64,000 nucleotides of DNA, taken from positions 10,103 through 74,102 of IMG/VR virus record IMGVR_UViG_3300035425_000025; one strand, given 5' to 3'. Source of the stretch: a virus (lineage: Duplodnaviria > Caudoviricetes). The notes beneath the pieces are model-generated. The model saw only the letters and a program-made list of their open reading frames with translations, was not told the DNA's origin and did not search any database. Shown here piece by piece: positions 7,980-19,170 of the stretch. The position numbers and the translations under genes were made by a program. Within the stretch, counting starts at the first letter, position 1, and each line of letters begins with the position of its first letter.

Positions 7980-10739
7980 TTATTTTGTCAACTTGGTTGA
8001 ATTTTTCTTTTTTTGATACATCTTTTTATTATGTTCTTTTCGTTCTTGCTGCAAACAATCATCACACCTGATTCTTTTACTGTTAGTAAGAACTTCAAGC
8101 CATTCACCGCAATCAATACATTTAATAAATTTAGTCTTCTCCACTTCAATATTTCTTTCCAAATTATTTACAATATATTGTCCATAACAGAACCATAATA
8201 ACTGTTTATATCGTTTTCCTTTACCATATAGATATTCTACTAACATATCTGTGATAGTTTCTTCTGAATATCCAAACATAGCAAATTCTTTTCGTATTTT
8301 ACAAGCAATATATCTGAGATTATCTATATATTCATCTTTCATATTGATCATATAACGGTATTGTTTGTTTAACTCATCATATAAATCAGATACCTCTTTA
8401 CTACAAATAATTTGGAGATTAGACATCATATGTTTATAATTGATACTATCTAATTTCAAACCACGAGTATTTATAGGCTTATTAGGAATTCTCTCATATA
8501 TCTTATTTACAAAACTTTCATTACGCTTTTTTACTTGTGATTTTTCTTTATCCTTTGCATATTCAAAGAAAGCTGGCAATTTGCAATTTATGTATTTAGC
8601 AATCTGTTCATTTATTTCATGAGGAAATTCTGGTTTATATAAGGTCTTTGCGTAGTCGATCACAAAATTATTTTGACAACATAATCTCTTTACACAATCA
8701 ATTGCTTCCGATTTTTCTGCATCGGTTCCAGAAATAAATACATCATCATTCCATATCTTAGAAATATTATTACTGTAAATACCAATATTCCCACCCGTAA
8801 AAGCAGCATTAAGTCCAGCATAGATATTCTTATTGTTAAGCTGAGTTGGTTCTGCCTTTCGCATATTATAGTAGAGTGGTACAATACCATTCATATTACG
8901 CTCTGCAATTCTTACAAAATCTTTATCAGCAACAACGAGACTTTTATCTCCGTCAACATCATACATCAAAATTTTACTGATTAGATCATGTGTGCTGGCA
9001 TAAATTCCATCAGTAGTAAACCATTCTCTGATATATTTTGACCTGTCTCCATAAACTTCATTGGCAACATTAAAGCGAATTGCGTGTTCCTTGTATAGAT
9101 GAGGACTTCTTAAACAATCCAATTTTTCATATCGCTTAAATAACCAACAGAATACTTCTTTATCACTTAGTAAACCAGTAGGAGTATCAATATGTCCAAA
9201 CCAATACTCACAAGCAGCATAGAAATCAGGTAGTAAAAAAGTGTATTTCCCATTTACTTCAAGTTTCCCGCTACGATATTTCTTTAAGAGACTGTTCTTT
9301 ACTTCACGGATCACATCTTTGGCATATGAATCATTCAGCAAAGCAGGGTACATTTTAACTGCTTTCTGGAATGCAGTCATATTTGTGTTATACGGTGTAA
9401 TGCCCAAAATATCCATCATAGTATCTTTAGAACTACAAACATTGCTGATCCGTTCCGCTGATTTCTGTGTAAGTAAATAAATTTCACCATCAGTAATATT
9501 TGTAAGCGTCTGAAGCATCTGATAATTTATTTTGGCATTTTTAATCCTATCTTCTTCAACATTACATTTACCGGCACTACAATGATACTTTTTGAAATCA
9601 TCTTTGTACTCATCCCATGAGTCATAATATTTGTACATCTTGAACTGACTTTTCGTAAAGATAACCTGTATATCCTCTTTAATAACATCGTATTCCTGAC
9701 CATAAATGTCTGTAATAATAGGAGAGTAGTTATTAACTTCTATAAACTTCCTAAAATTGAACACACCTAATAATCCCTTAATCCAGGGCGCACGGAACAT
9801 AAAGTTTTTACTGGAAACTGACGGCAGAATCATACCAGCTCCGTCAGTATGAGGAATTGGCACATAATCAGTTTTTCTTGTAATTGAATAATCAGTCTCA
9901 TCTACAAAGTCAAAAGTATCATATACATTAGTCTCAAAATCATCAATGACAATGGATTTATCAATATCAAATTCATTCCACTCATCAGTAGCAGAGTTTG
10001 TTAAAGCCATATAAGCCAGATGCTTATTGACATTGTTTCCACCTTTTGAATTAATTTTATCTATTGTAAGACCACACATAACAGTCTTTTCAATCTCATT
10101 CCATACAGATTCTTTAACAAATACTGCCTTCTTTTTACGGATCTGTCCTGCTGAAGAAGTAAAATACTTATATTTTTCGCCTTTATATGTAAATCCATAA
10201 AAGGATATATCCTTAAACACATCAAAATAGTAAACCTGAACCACCATTAGAGCATCAGTTAATTCATCCTGTTTAATACCAATGGTTCTACTGAGAGCAG
10301 AGTCAAACACAGATATTATATTTGTATCATTCAAACTGTCTTTTTTGATTGTACGAGTATGATCTTTTCCATCTGTTAATTCATTCTGATTAACTTTATT
10401 AGATAAAAGAGTAAGCAACTTTGCTTTTGACTCTTTCGCTTTTTCTCTTTTATGCTTAATTAACCTTGCCCAATGTAAATATTCAGAAACAGTGTCATAA
10501 GAAGATTCAGTAATATTAACTTCTTCTGTTTTATCATTTTTTAAGTTTTTAATATCATCTTCTGTATATCCAAACTGTTTCAACTGCTTTTCAATTTCTG
10601 GTAATTTATTCTGGACATAATTACGTTCTCTGCGATATTTGCAATTCATATTATGTAAATATTTCTCATGATTGCTGTAAAAATGCCCAGTATCTACAGA
10701 ATACATATTATATTGCTTATCAAGTATATATACCACCAC
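7980..10739 (-). CDS. yonO: YonO-type single-subunit DNA-dependent RNA polymerase
   Basis: 919 aa; MYDVDGDKSLV catalytic DxDGD; HTDGAG, RAPWIKG and RSPH motifs; SPbeta-like synteny. Confidence 0.9.
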   Translation of the reverse strand: MVVYILDKQYNMYSVDTGHFYSNHEKYLHNMNCKYRRERNYVQNKLPEIEKQLKQFGYTEDDIKNLKNDKTEEVNITESSYDTVSEYLHWARLIKHKREKAKESKAKLLTLLSNKVNQNELTDGKDHTRTIKKDSLNDTNIISVFDSALSRTIGIKQDELTDALMVVQVYYFDVFKDISFYGFTYKGEKYKYFTSSAGQIRKKKAVFVKESVWNEIEKTVMCGLTIDKINSKGGNNVNKHLAYMALTNSATDEWNEFDIDKSIVIDDFETNVYDTFDFVDETDYSITRKTDYVPIPHTDGAGMILPSVSSKNFMFRAPWIKGLLGVFNFRKFIEVNNYSPIITDIYGQEYDVIKEDIQVIFTKSQFKMYKYYDSWDEYKDDFKKYHCSAGKCNVEEDRIKNAKINYQMLQTLTNITDGEIYLLTQKSAERISNVCSSKDTMMDILGITPYNTNMTAFQKAVKMYPALLNDSYAKDVIREVKNSLLKKYRSGKLEVNGKYTFLLPDFYAACEYWFGHIDTPTGLLSDKEVFCWLFKRYEKLDCLRSPHLYKEHAIRFNVANEVYGDRSKYIREWFTTDGIYASTHDLISKILMYDVDGDKSLVVADKDFVRIAERNMNGIVPLYYNMRKAEPTQLNNKNIYAGLNAAFTGGNIGIYSNNISKIWNDDVFISGTDAEKSEAIDCVKRLCCQNNFVIDYAKTLYKPEFPHEINEQIAKYINCKLPAFFEYAKDKEKSQVKKRNESFVNKIYERIPNKPINTRGLKLDSINYKHMMSNLQIICSKEVSDLYDELNKQYRYMINMKDEYIDNLRYIACKIRKEFAMFGYSEETITDMLVEYLYGKGKRYKQLLWFCYGQYIVNNLERNIEVEKTKFIKCIDCGEWLEVLTNSKRIRCDDCLQQERKEHNKKMYQKKKNSTKLTK

Positions 10740-10815
10740 CTAACATTCTTTCGATTGTGTCTATCATATTTTGGACATTCTGTTTTTTAAATTCAATACT
10801 TACGTCTGGATATAT

Positions 10816-11067
10816 CTACTCAGTTTGTATTGTTACATTAAAATAATTGCAAATTTCTCTTATTTTAACGAGAAAATTTTCTTTTTCCTTTGTTATTGTG
10901 AACCGTTTATAAGGAGTTGTATAACAACAATATTCCTTAACAATATCATCAGGCCTAAAGCGTGTTAATTTATGTTTTTTTATTTTTGTTTGAATAAGAT
11001 ATTCACAAATAGGAATATAATTTTTCTTTATATTTCCATCCTTTTTACAAAATGTGCAAAGATTCAT
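10816..11067 (-). CDS. hypothetical Cys-containing protein
   Basis: ORF track; in operon. Confidence 0.55.
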   Translation of the reverse strand: MNLCTFCKKDGNIKKNYIPICEYLIQTKIKKHKLTRFRPDDIVKEYCCYTTPYKRFTITKEKENFLVKIREICNYFNVTIQTE

Positions 11068-11219
11068 TTTATATTACTCCAATGAAATTTCTATTCTATC
11101 TAATTCGACAATTCCAATTGTTCTTATCAATAAACCACTCGCTATTCCACCAACATATATAAATACATTGTGGTAGATTATGTATTATTGGAATAATCCA
11201 TTTTGGTTTCATCATGACT

Positions 11220-11420
11220 TTATTCTCCCATAGTCTTAATATCAAATCCTATCCACTCTAATAAATCCCTCATACCATGAAAACATTCATAGTGACGATA
11301 CTCACCGTCCAAGTTTTTAATATATTCTTCTCCATCGCAAATTCCATCACCACAAGAAGAGCAGTAGTGTAATGTTTTTCTAGGTGTGTAATTTGGGCAC
11401 ATGGAATGACAAGGATTCAT
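11220..11420 (-). CDS. small Zn-binding protein
   Basis: CxxxC, CxxC and H-x-x-C motifs. Confidence 0.65.
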   Translation of the reverse strand: MNPCHSMCPNYTPRKTLHYCSSCGDGICDGEEYIKNLDGEYRHYECFHGMRDLLEWIGFDIKTMGE

Positions 11421-11437
11421 TTTACATATCTCACAGA

Positions 11438-11872
11438 TTAAGCAACACCTCCCACACCATATTTCTCTATTCGTTCATGTACATATCCGTCATTGGTTGT
11501 ATAGTAAATATCTTTAATTCCAAGATCCTTAATTGCTGCCATACAGGAAGGACAAGGACGTGATAATCCAAACGGCTGATCCTTGCGAATCCTATATATG
11601 TATAACTTGACTTTTGAAAAGTTAATATTCAAATGTCTGATAGAATTTATACAGTTAATTTCTGCGTGTAACTTTGGTAACATATTTTCCGATGGCTTTC
11701 GATACTTATTATATTTTTTCTGTATTGGATGAGTCTTATTACAGTTGCAACCGATGCCAATGATATTGCCTTGATAAACGGACACACATCCAATGTGGGT
11801 TTTATAATAATCAGATATACTGGCAGTCTGTCTTGCCTTGTCAAAATATCTATAATCACTTTTGGTCAACAT
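11438..11872 (-). CDS. cytidine/dCMP deaminase-family protein
   Basis: LHAEINC...SRPCPSC (HAE/PCxxC). Confidence 0.85.
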   Translation of the reverse strand: MLTKSDYRYFDKARQTASISDYYKTHIGCVSVYQGNIIGIGCNCNKTHPIQKKYNKYRKPSENMLPKLHAEINCINSIRHLNINFSKVKLYIYRIRKDQPFGLSRPCPSCMAAIKDLGIKDIYYTTNDGYVHERIEKYGVGGVA

Positions 11873-12307
11873 TTATCCTGCCAGTCTTTCCTGTTCAAAT
11901 AACTCATTACCACGATCAAAACACGCAAGTTCATATTCGTATCTTTCTACAAAGTAATCAAAATATTTTTTGCCGTTTCCCTTATCGGTGACAGTGGCAC
12001 AATGATGTACAATTCGGCAGATATTCTCTATAATGGACTCTCTAGTTCCTGATATGTATTGTGTATCAACCTTCTTAGAAGATATCTTCATCCGATCCTC
12101 CAAATCGGTACGATTTAACCACATAGAAAGAGCATATTTATCTTCATGTTTATCAAAGTGATACGCACATTCAACAATATAGTTCTCATATCCAAAATCA
12201 GATAATTCAATCGTAATTGTGTTGCCTTTAAATTGGGGTTGCATCAGTTCTTTTAAGCTTCTCTTCATTAACATTTTTAAACATCCTCCATATTTTAAGT
12301 TGTACAT
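11873..12307 (-). CDS. hypothetical protein (start probably internal)
   Basis: ORF track; in operon. Confidence 0.65.
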   Translation of the reverse strand: MYNLKYGGCLKMLMKRSLKELMQPQFKGNTITIELSDFGYENYIVECAYHFDKHEDKYALSMWLNRTDLEDRMKISSKKVDTQYISGTRESIIENICRIVHHCATVTDKGNGKKYFDYFVERYEYELACFDRGNELFEQERLAG

Positions 12308-12412
12308 TAGATTTTTTAGTATAAAATTTCACAGTCGATAATTTTATCAATAAGTACATTAGAATTTTCTACGCTAATGTACACCATTTGATTCCTGACA
12401 AATAACGGTATC

Positions 12413-12771
12413 TCAGTTGTATTTACTTGCCTGATATTTTCTCATACGTTCACCAGCAGCAATTTTCTGTTCTTCAGATAGTTCTCTTTTCTTTGCTCTG
12501 AAACTGATCAGAGTCTTATCTTCAACACGATATGTTTTTCCTCTACCTGTATCTGCGATAAGAGAGTATATATCTGGACTTGTCTTGCATAGTTTATCTA
12601 ACTTTGTCATATATGTAGTATCTGAGGTATAGATTGTGGCAGAATCTTCATCTCTCATAAAATTGATACATCTTCCTGTTCTGAAACGGATACTGAATTT
12701 AATGGTTTTGGTTCTTCAATAGTTATTTCTTCATTTTCATCAATATTTATGTATCCAGATTTACTTGCCAT
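12413..12771 (-). pseudogene. conserved phage protein, apparently split by a 1-nt deletion near 12680 (or two coupled ORFs 12655-12771 and 12413-12658)
   Basis: ...SEQE / CINFMRDEDSATIYTSD reads continuously across a frame change; fusion inferred from recalled homologs. Confidence 0.45.
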
Positions 12772-12979
12772 AATTTTTATTCCTTTCAATACCTTCTCGA
12801 TTTTTCTTCCAAAGTTTTTCTTCTCTTTGCTTATCTGCTTCTATACGACTTGCTATCTGAGATCCGTTTGTATTATCTTTTCCTCGATAATCCGTGTTAA
12901 AATCTGATGGAAAAATTAATCCTCCAAATTTTGTGTGATCTACTTCATAAATTCCATATCTGTTAGTTGTCTGTGTCAT
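12761..12979 (-). CDS. hypothetical protein
   Basis: ORF track; RBS present. Confidence 0.6.
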   Translation of the reverse strand: MTQTTNRYGIYEVDHTKFGGLIFPSDFNTDYRGKDNTNGSQIASRIEADKQREEKLWKKNREGIERNKNYGK

Positions 12980-13091
12980 TAGTTACTGTGATTTCTCCTT
13001 TTCTGTTTGTTAATTTTTAATGTAATATGCATGATAATTCTCCTTTTGATTGAAATATTTGTGTTGACATTGTGATATCTACAATATATTT

Positions 13092-13898
13092 CTACATTTT
13101 CTTTTGTGATTCTTCTAAAATATCAAGCTGTTTTTGAATTTCTATTCTGTAATCATAATTAGAATCTATTTCCTGATTCCCTTTTTCGTCTTTTGTAAAA
13201 TGCATATAATCAGCAAATACTTTTGGAGTAGTAAGAAACCTATATTTATCATCTTGTTTTTTATATCTGATCCGTTTACCTTCTTGAAACTTGATAATAT
13301 CCATTACATCTAACATTTCTACAATCCGAGATATGTAGCGTTCTGATAATCCAATATCCTCTGTAATTTTTTGATACAGCCGGTAGCAACACAAGGGTTT
13401 ATCTGGATTGCGATTCATATTTACACGAAGATAAGAGAGGAGTAGTAGGATATAAGCTGAAGACATTCGGAGTAAGTCAATTTCCTCATCGTTAATTTTT
13501 ACACCTTTTAATTCTTCTTTGAAATTTAGGATCTTTTCTAATTCATCAAAATAGATAATTCCAAAATTATCAGGTATATCAAATTTTTCTGTGTTGATTT
13601 GGATATTGTAATAATCTGTAGAATTTTTCTTCTCTTTTGCCAGTTTCTCAAAATCAGGATAAGATTTTAAATAATCATAGTGAGAGAGTAGTTCTAGTAC
13701 TTCCAGATATTTATGATTAATCTTTCCATCGTGATAATTAGGTTTTAAGTGTGACCAGTGGCACAGTTCCGAAATACTGAATGCCACTGTATCATCTAAG
13801 GTTCTACGGGAACACAGGTAAGAAAATATGATTACTCGCTTATCACCAAGTTCTTTGTTGTAGATTATTTCTCGTGGTATCTTTACATAGTTAGGCAA
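13092..13898 (-). CDS. putative winged-helix DNA-binding/replication protein
   Basis: KRVIIFSYLCSRR...SISELCHW and KITEDIGLSERYISRIVEML HTH-like segments. Confidence 0.5.
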   Translation of the reverse strand: MPNYVKIPREIIYNKELGDKRVIIFSYLCSRRTLDDTVAFSISELCHWSHLKPNYHDGKINHKYLEVLELLSHYDYLKSYPDFEKLAKEKKNSTDYYNIQINTEKFDIPDNFGIIYFDELEKILNFKEELKGVKINDEEIDLLRMSSAYILLLLSYLRVNMNRNPDKPLCCYRLYQKITEDIGLSERYISRIVEMLDVMDIIKFQEGKRIRYKKQDDKYRFLTTPKVFADYMHFTKDEKGNQEIDSNYDYRIEIQKQLDILEESQKKM

Positions 13899-13910
13899 GT
13901 TATCACCTGC

Positions 13911-14519
13911 CTATGCTACAAACGGATTGATCTCACCATTATCCGTAATTCGCAAATATTCCGTTAATGCTCTACATCTCTCAGGACTAAGAATTCCTTT
14001 ATCACGTTTAGAAATCATGCCATTGATACATTCTTTTACATACCAATTAGAAGGTGTCCAATAACTAGCAAATTCTTTTGCTTGCGCATATGTACTATTT
14101 TCTTCCTCAAACTTTTCCATACTTAAATCATGCCAAGTATCTAAGTCAAAATGAGTTGCTATATCTCCATAAATCTTTTTGAAAAGAAAATGTGAGAATA
14201 AAACATATTCACAAGAATCTTTATCATGACCGAATAATTCCCATACTCTCGCTTTGCATAATTTATTAAAATTTCTTTTTCTCTTTGAGTGGAATGGTGA
14301 ACAAATCACATTGGTATTTTTTTCTAAACTTTCTACTTTTGTTTTTGTTGAATTAATATCACCAGTTAGAATCTCAATTTTTGCGTCTCTTTTCTTATTT
14401 TGATTGTTTATAATCTTGAGAGCTTCAATTACACCATTTTGAGAATTAGCTAATATCTCATCAATATTGGTACTTTCATTTTCATAGTTATTGTTTTCGC
14501 AATTCATTAAATTTTCCAT
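13911..14519 (-). CDS. coiled-coil phage protein (ORF6C-like C-terminus possible)
   Basis: Coiled coil followed by ...IYGDIATHFDLDTWHDL... Confidence 0.45.
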   Translation of the reverse strand: MENLMNCENNNYENESTNIDEILANSQNGVIEALKIINNQNKKRDAKIEILTGDINSTKTKVESLEKNTNVICSPFHSKRKRNFNKLCKARVWELFGHDKDSCEYVLFSHFLFKKIYGDIATHFDLDTWHDLSMEKFEEENSTYAQAKEFASYWTPSNWYVKECINGMISKRDKGILSPERCRALTEYLRITDNGEINPFVA

Positions 14520-14535
14520 ATGTAATATCCTTTCT

Positions 14536-15585
14536 TTACTGAGTTTCTACAATATCATCATATCTGTTTGTTAATAGTTTCTTCATTTCATAAGACCAAT
14601 TATCAAGTTTTGTAATAATATCTTCTAAATTACTTACACATACATCACTGGAATCTAAAGTTTCCATACAACGCTTAAATTTAATTGGCGCAAGTTCATC
14701 TTCTAATAGTTTCTGTAATCTTACAGTTAAACCAGCTAATTCAGTAGCAGAATTTATTTGTCTACCCAAATCTGACTTCTGTTTTGTGAGAAATTCAATT
14801 TCAGTTTTCAACTTGTTATACTTATCAGATTCTTCTTGATTAAGTTTGACTTTTCTTTCCAATAAACTTTTTTCTGATTTTAAATCAGAAATTTGTCTTT
14901 CTAATTCTTTAACTTTTGGATTATCAGATTCAATCTGTTTGATCTTGTCAATATACTGTTGTACTTCTCTTTTTGTAATCTTTTGTGTAATATCCATAGA
15001 TTTAACAAAATCTTCTTGCTCGCTAGGCGACATATACTTAATAAGTGCAATAGCAGTAGTAGGTGCAAGAATACCTGTTTCGACCCAATCCTGTAACTCT
15101 GGAACTAATTCTGTTAATTTCTTATAATTTTGAAGAGTATCTACAGAAATACCAATCATTTCTGCGATGTCTGATTGATATAAGACATCCCCACCCGAAA
15201 GTTTCGGCTCGGATTGACCAGCACTGCCATCTCTAACTCCATAAATTCGTTCCAGCTCCTTAATACATCTACCTAATTTAATGGGATTAGGGTTCCCAAT
15301 ACCTCTTTGACGAATATTTGTTTCAATGAGATCCTTTAAAACTTTGTCTTCTTTGTCATACTTACGAATATCAACCATGATAGTTTCAATTCCAAGTTCT
15401 TTAGCAGCTCTTACCCGTTGATGTCCTGATACAATAACCATATTTTGTGTTACTACAATAGGTTCAATAATTCCTGATGATTCGATAGATTCTAAAAATG
15501 CTTTCCAAGAATCACCTGTAATATCATCAAAAAATTCATTGTTACGTGGATGTGATCTCAATTCATTAATGTTAATCTGTTGCAT
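14536..15585 (-). CDS. ParB N-terminal domain protein
   Basis: GIIEPIVV...VSGHQRVRAAKELG...LIETNIRQR plus HTH. Confidence 0.85.
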   Translation of the reverse strand: MQQININELRSHPRNNEFFDDITGDSWKAFLESIESSGIIEPIVVTQNMVIVSGHQRVRAAKELGIETIMVDIRKYDKEDKVLKDLIETNIRQRGIGNPNPIKLGRCIKELERIYGVRDGSAGQSEPKLSGGDVLYQSDIAEMIGISVDTLQNYKKLTELVPELQDWVETGILAPTTAIALIKYMSPSEQEDFVKSMDITQKITKREVQQYIDKIKQIESDNPKVKELERQISDLKSEKSLLERKVKLNQEESDKYNKLKTEIEFLTKQKSDLGRQINSATELAGLTVRLQKLLEDELAPIKFKRCMETLDSSDVCVSNLEDIITKLDNWSYEMKKLLTNRYDDIVETQ

Positions 15586-16091
15586 TTGTAAAAATTCCTT
15601 TCCTTAATTAAAATTGATTTATAGTTACATAGAACAAGTTTTGTTCTAACTTGTATTTCTACATTTCAAATATAAAATCACCTTGATTCTTTTATAAAAT
15701 AATTTTCATATACAATTTCTCTCAAATGCGTTTAGGTCTGCTACTGAAGACCCAAATACAATCCTTTTCTTCATTTGGGTCCGCTGTGGGGGTCATTTTG
15801 TGTAAGTCAATATCTAAATAGACTCATATTATCAAGAGAAGATATATTCGTAACTTATTTCGCTATCGCTTAATAAGTTACTCTCTTAAAACTTTTTGAT
15901 TGTTGTTGGTTAATGATTGATTTTTTATTATTAATTATTGATGATATAGTAGTAGTGGTTATTTATGTATTCTCTTTTCTCGGATATAAAATTCCTTGTA
16001 TGTATATAAACCGTATTCATTATGTATTTTTTCTCCTTAATAGTTATTTCTCTATTGAAGATTCCATTTATAGAAAAATCTCTTAGTAAAA

Positions 16092-16280
16092 TCAATCAAA
16101 GTATTCAAGGACTTCAGCAAAAATAGCTGTTAAGTCCTTTTTGATTTCTGCTTTATCTGCTTTGAAGGCATCTATATCTATGGTTACAGTGATTCCATGA
16201 GATATTGTTTCACCTTTACCATTTTTGATGGTTGGTTTTTCAAATGTAAATTTTTGAGGTATGATAGTTAGTTTTGCCAT
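16092..16280 (-). CDS. hypothetical protein
   Basis: AGGAG RBS; ORF track. Confidence 0.6.
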   Translation of the reverse strand: MAKLTIIPQKFTFEKPTIKNGKGETISHGITVTIDIDAFKADKAEIKKDLTAIFAEVLEYFD

Positions 16281-16585
16281 AAAACTATTTTCTCCTTTGA
16301 TTTTTATAAGTTTTTAGTTCTTGATCATTACTTCTACATTTCGTTTCTGAAAATACTAAAAATTTTGAATCTATATTTTTAGCAAATAGAAGAGTACATA
16401 ACCAATAAATAAAATATGTAAAATATACCCCCTATGTACACGTGATATAATTTTGTGTTTTTTAGAAGAGTGGTATATAGGATATTTATTATTTCTCCAT
16501 TTGAATTGATAAGATTTGTAAGTTTTGAATATTAGATAAAAAAATAAGACAGATGATTTCTCACCTGTCTTTAGAGAACATATGA

Positions 16586-17620
16586 TTATTCTGTTATATT
16601 TTCTGCCACAAGCCAATTTGATTCTGGTTTTGCTATAAGTCTTGCATCCATATATGCCATTTCCATTGATAGACATGTAGTTGCCTGATAATACCCATTT
16701 TTCATTAAGTCTAATACTAAGGCAACATTAGGAGTATCATCTTTCCCAAAACATAATGGAACAAGCAGTTGTATTTTATTTTGATAATAGTGTGGAACTG
16801 CTAATTTATAATTGGCTATTACTTTTTGAATGGCAGTATCTATAACCCCTTTTAAGGTTTCTAATGGTCTATCACTATTTTTTATAGAGTCTGGCAACCT
16901 TTGTGATGTACTTAAATCATCAAGGATATGTTTATAATTCTTATTTACATTAAGATGCCAATTAAATACTAATCTTGACGGATCAGAAAAGTAATCAGCT
17001 CTTTCTGGAAATTTTTCAATATCAAGATTACCCAACTCATAAGTGTCCTTAAATTCCTTAAAATACCATTTTGCAGAATTTTCAGATACATTTTTATTAA
17101 TTTCACCATAAGCATATATTGGTTCATAGTATTTGGAAAATAATCCAGTATCAAAGGCACAATATGTATCAGTTTCTATTACCTTATTTTCTTCCTGTAA
17201 TTTTATAAATGTATATTTTAAATAATTCTTTAGAATATAATTATCATTTTTGTCTTCAAAACTCCATTTTTCAGGCAATGCCTTATCTGCTAATTTTTGA
17301 ATTTGTAAGTTATAATCTCCCCAGTACATATAGTTATAAATATCAATAATTTCCATGCAGCTACCCTCCGTTGATAAAGATAATGCTTGTTTGATTATAT
17401 CATATTTTCTGGAAACAGAAAAGAAAGACTCAGAAAAGTTTATCTCTCCTATAAAGAAATCGTATGGAATATCATGATAATTCATTATAGTTATAGGAAT
17501 TAGTCCTTTCTTAATCTTTGCTTTGGAATATGCATCTCTTTCGTTGTTAGCATAGATAACCATAATGTCGGTAAAAATTGATTGATATTCCTTTGTTACT
17601 GGTACTAAATAAGTATTCAT
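16586..17620 (-). CDS. DUF3825 domain protein
   Basis: AFDTGLFSKYYEPIY...PHYYQNKIQLLVPL...AYMDARLIAKPESNWL. Confidence 0.75.
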   Translation of the reverse strand: MNTYLVPVTKEYQSIFTDIMVIYANNERDAYSKAKIKKGLIPITIMNYHDIPYDFFIGEINFSESFFSVSRKYDIIKQALSLSTEGSCMEIIDIYNYMYWGDYNLQIQKLADKALPEKWSFEDKNDNYILKNYLKYTFIKLQEENKVIETDTYCAFDTGLFSKYYEPIYAYGEINKNVSENSAKWYFKEFKDTYELGNLDIEKFPERADYFSDPSRLVFNWHLNVNKNYKHILDDLSTSQRLPDSIKNSDRPLETLKGVIDTAIQKVIANYKLAVPHYYQNKIQLLVPLCFGKDDTPNVALVLDLMKNGYYQATTCLSMEMAYMDARLIAKPESNWLVAENITE

Positions 17621-18437
17621 AATTTTTATCTCCTTTGCTCACTTTTTATATCTTTATATTCTCTGTATGGATGAAATTTTTATTAAAAATTTTTGTGATG
17701 AGATAAATTGAATATGATGTAAAAATTTTATGAGTTCGGTGAGAGAGTAGTTTTGATATGTTGATGGAATGTAAAAGTACTGATTTTACTGGATATTTTA
17801 AGATTTTGATGAATGATTTTTAAGTGTGATTTTGTATAAAATTTCTTTCAGGAAATGCAATTTTAGAGCAAGTTCGGAATAATGCTTATTTTTCAAGGGT
17901 TTTGGAAGATTTTTGGGTTGTATTTTTGAGTTTTGGAGAGGGATTAAATTGTCAGAAAATTTATATTATATTGATTTGTAAGGATTTTGAGAAATGGCAC
18001 CGAATAAGTTTCCGAATTGATTTTATGAATTGTTTGTGTTTCGGACACAATTTTTAAAGGTGACGTATGGATGGAATAGATAGGGGCTTTTTGGTAAATG
18101 GGTATTTATTTGAAAATGTAAACCCACCGGGGCTATAAAACATACAGTAATAGTATAGTATTATGATATGTTTAAGTTACACTTTGCCCATTTTTGCAAC
18201 TTAATACAAACATATATTCTGTCAAGTAAAAATACTTTACAATGATATTGTCTAGGCATCTGTCAAGTAATTTTGCTTGACGAGTTCGATGCATAAAATT
18301 AAATATATCAAAATGCTATTTTATATACCATAATGCTACTTCCATATTATCCAACATTATCACAATATCACCATTAAAAATATATCATAATGCTATCTAA
18401 TATATCAAAATGCCACACAACCATGTTACATTTATTA

Positions 18438-18653
18438 TTAATCCTTTTTCCCCTGAATATATCCGTCTCTTTCCAGCTTCTCAACGATTGCGGTAGTAGT
18501 CCATCTATTCCGGTTCATGCCACTATCAGCCATAGCTTTTTCAACTTCCCGATATATCTCAATAGGGTACTTTACGCTGTATTGTTTCATGTTCTCAGCG
18601 TCATATTTTGCCTGATATTCACTTTGTTTCTTTCTATTTGACATATTATACAT
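18438..18653 (-). CDS. small Arc/ribbon-helix-helix-like regulator
   Basis: KQYSVKYPIEIYREVEKAMADSGMNRNRWTTTAI. Confidence 0.6.
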   Translation of the reverse strand: MYNMSNRKKQSEYQAKYDAENMKQYSVKYPIEIYREVEKAMADSGMNRNRWTTTAIVEKLERDGYIQGKKD

Positions 18654-18680
18654 TCCTTTTCTAAAATCGTCTTAAATCGC

Positions 18681-18821
18681 ATTTTAGCACGTATTACCTA
18701 AGTTGTCAATCAATCAGTAAATTGCACAAAAATAACTAGGTAATACCTGAAATAATTGCGTATAATTTTGCTATAAAAATCTAGGTATTACGTTGACAAT
18801 CTAGGTAATACGTGTTATAAT
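18681..18821. promoter_or_regulatory. divergent sigma-A promoter pair with four TAGGTA(A/T)TAC operators
   Basis: Minus TTGACA-acttaggtaatacgtgc-TAAAAT (18709-18681); plus TTGACA-atctaggtaatacgtgt-TATAAT (18793-18821); extra operators at 18736 and 18781. Confidence 0.85.
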
Positions 18822-18909
18822 CTATACATAAGTTAAAGATAAAACAAAGCACCAAAACAAAGAAGTATATAGCAGCACACAACCACAAAACGAAAGGCAG
18901 GTACACAAC

Positions 18910-19170
18910 ATGAAATTATATGAATGCATAGTAGATGATGGGCAAAACGTATTCAAGACCTTGACAGCTTCTAAAAGTAAAAAAGAACTTCTTTCAGTTT
19001 ATGGCGGTAATGGTTCTTTTGAAAAAATTACCGATGTAACAAAAGATTATTTTACCAATGAATCCTCTGATAAATTAGTTTCTGATTTACAAAAATGTGG
19101 TTGGGGTAAAGGTGAAGTTGAATTAATAAGGGCATTATTAGAAGAACATATAGACAAATTAAATAAATAA
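18910..19170 (+). CDS. hypothetical early protein
   Basis: First ORF after strong promoter. Confidence 0.7.
   Translation: MKLYECIVDDGQNVFKTLTASKSKKELLSVYGGNGSFEKITDVTKDYFTNESSDKLVSDLQKCGWGKGEVELIRALLEEHIDKLNK

Noticed and set aside
15630-15648. AGAACAAGTTTTGTTCT as a LexA box
   Set aside because: Spacer is 7 nt, not 4
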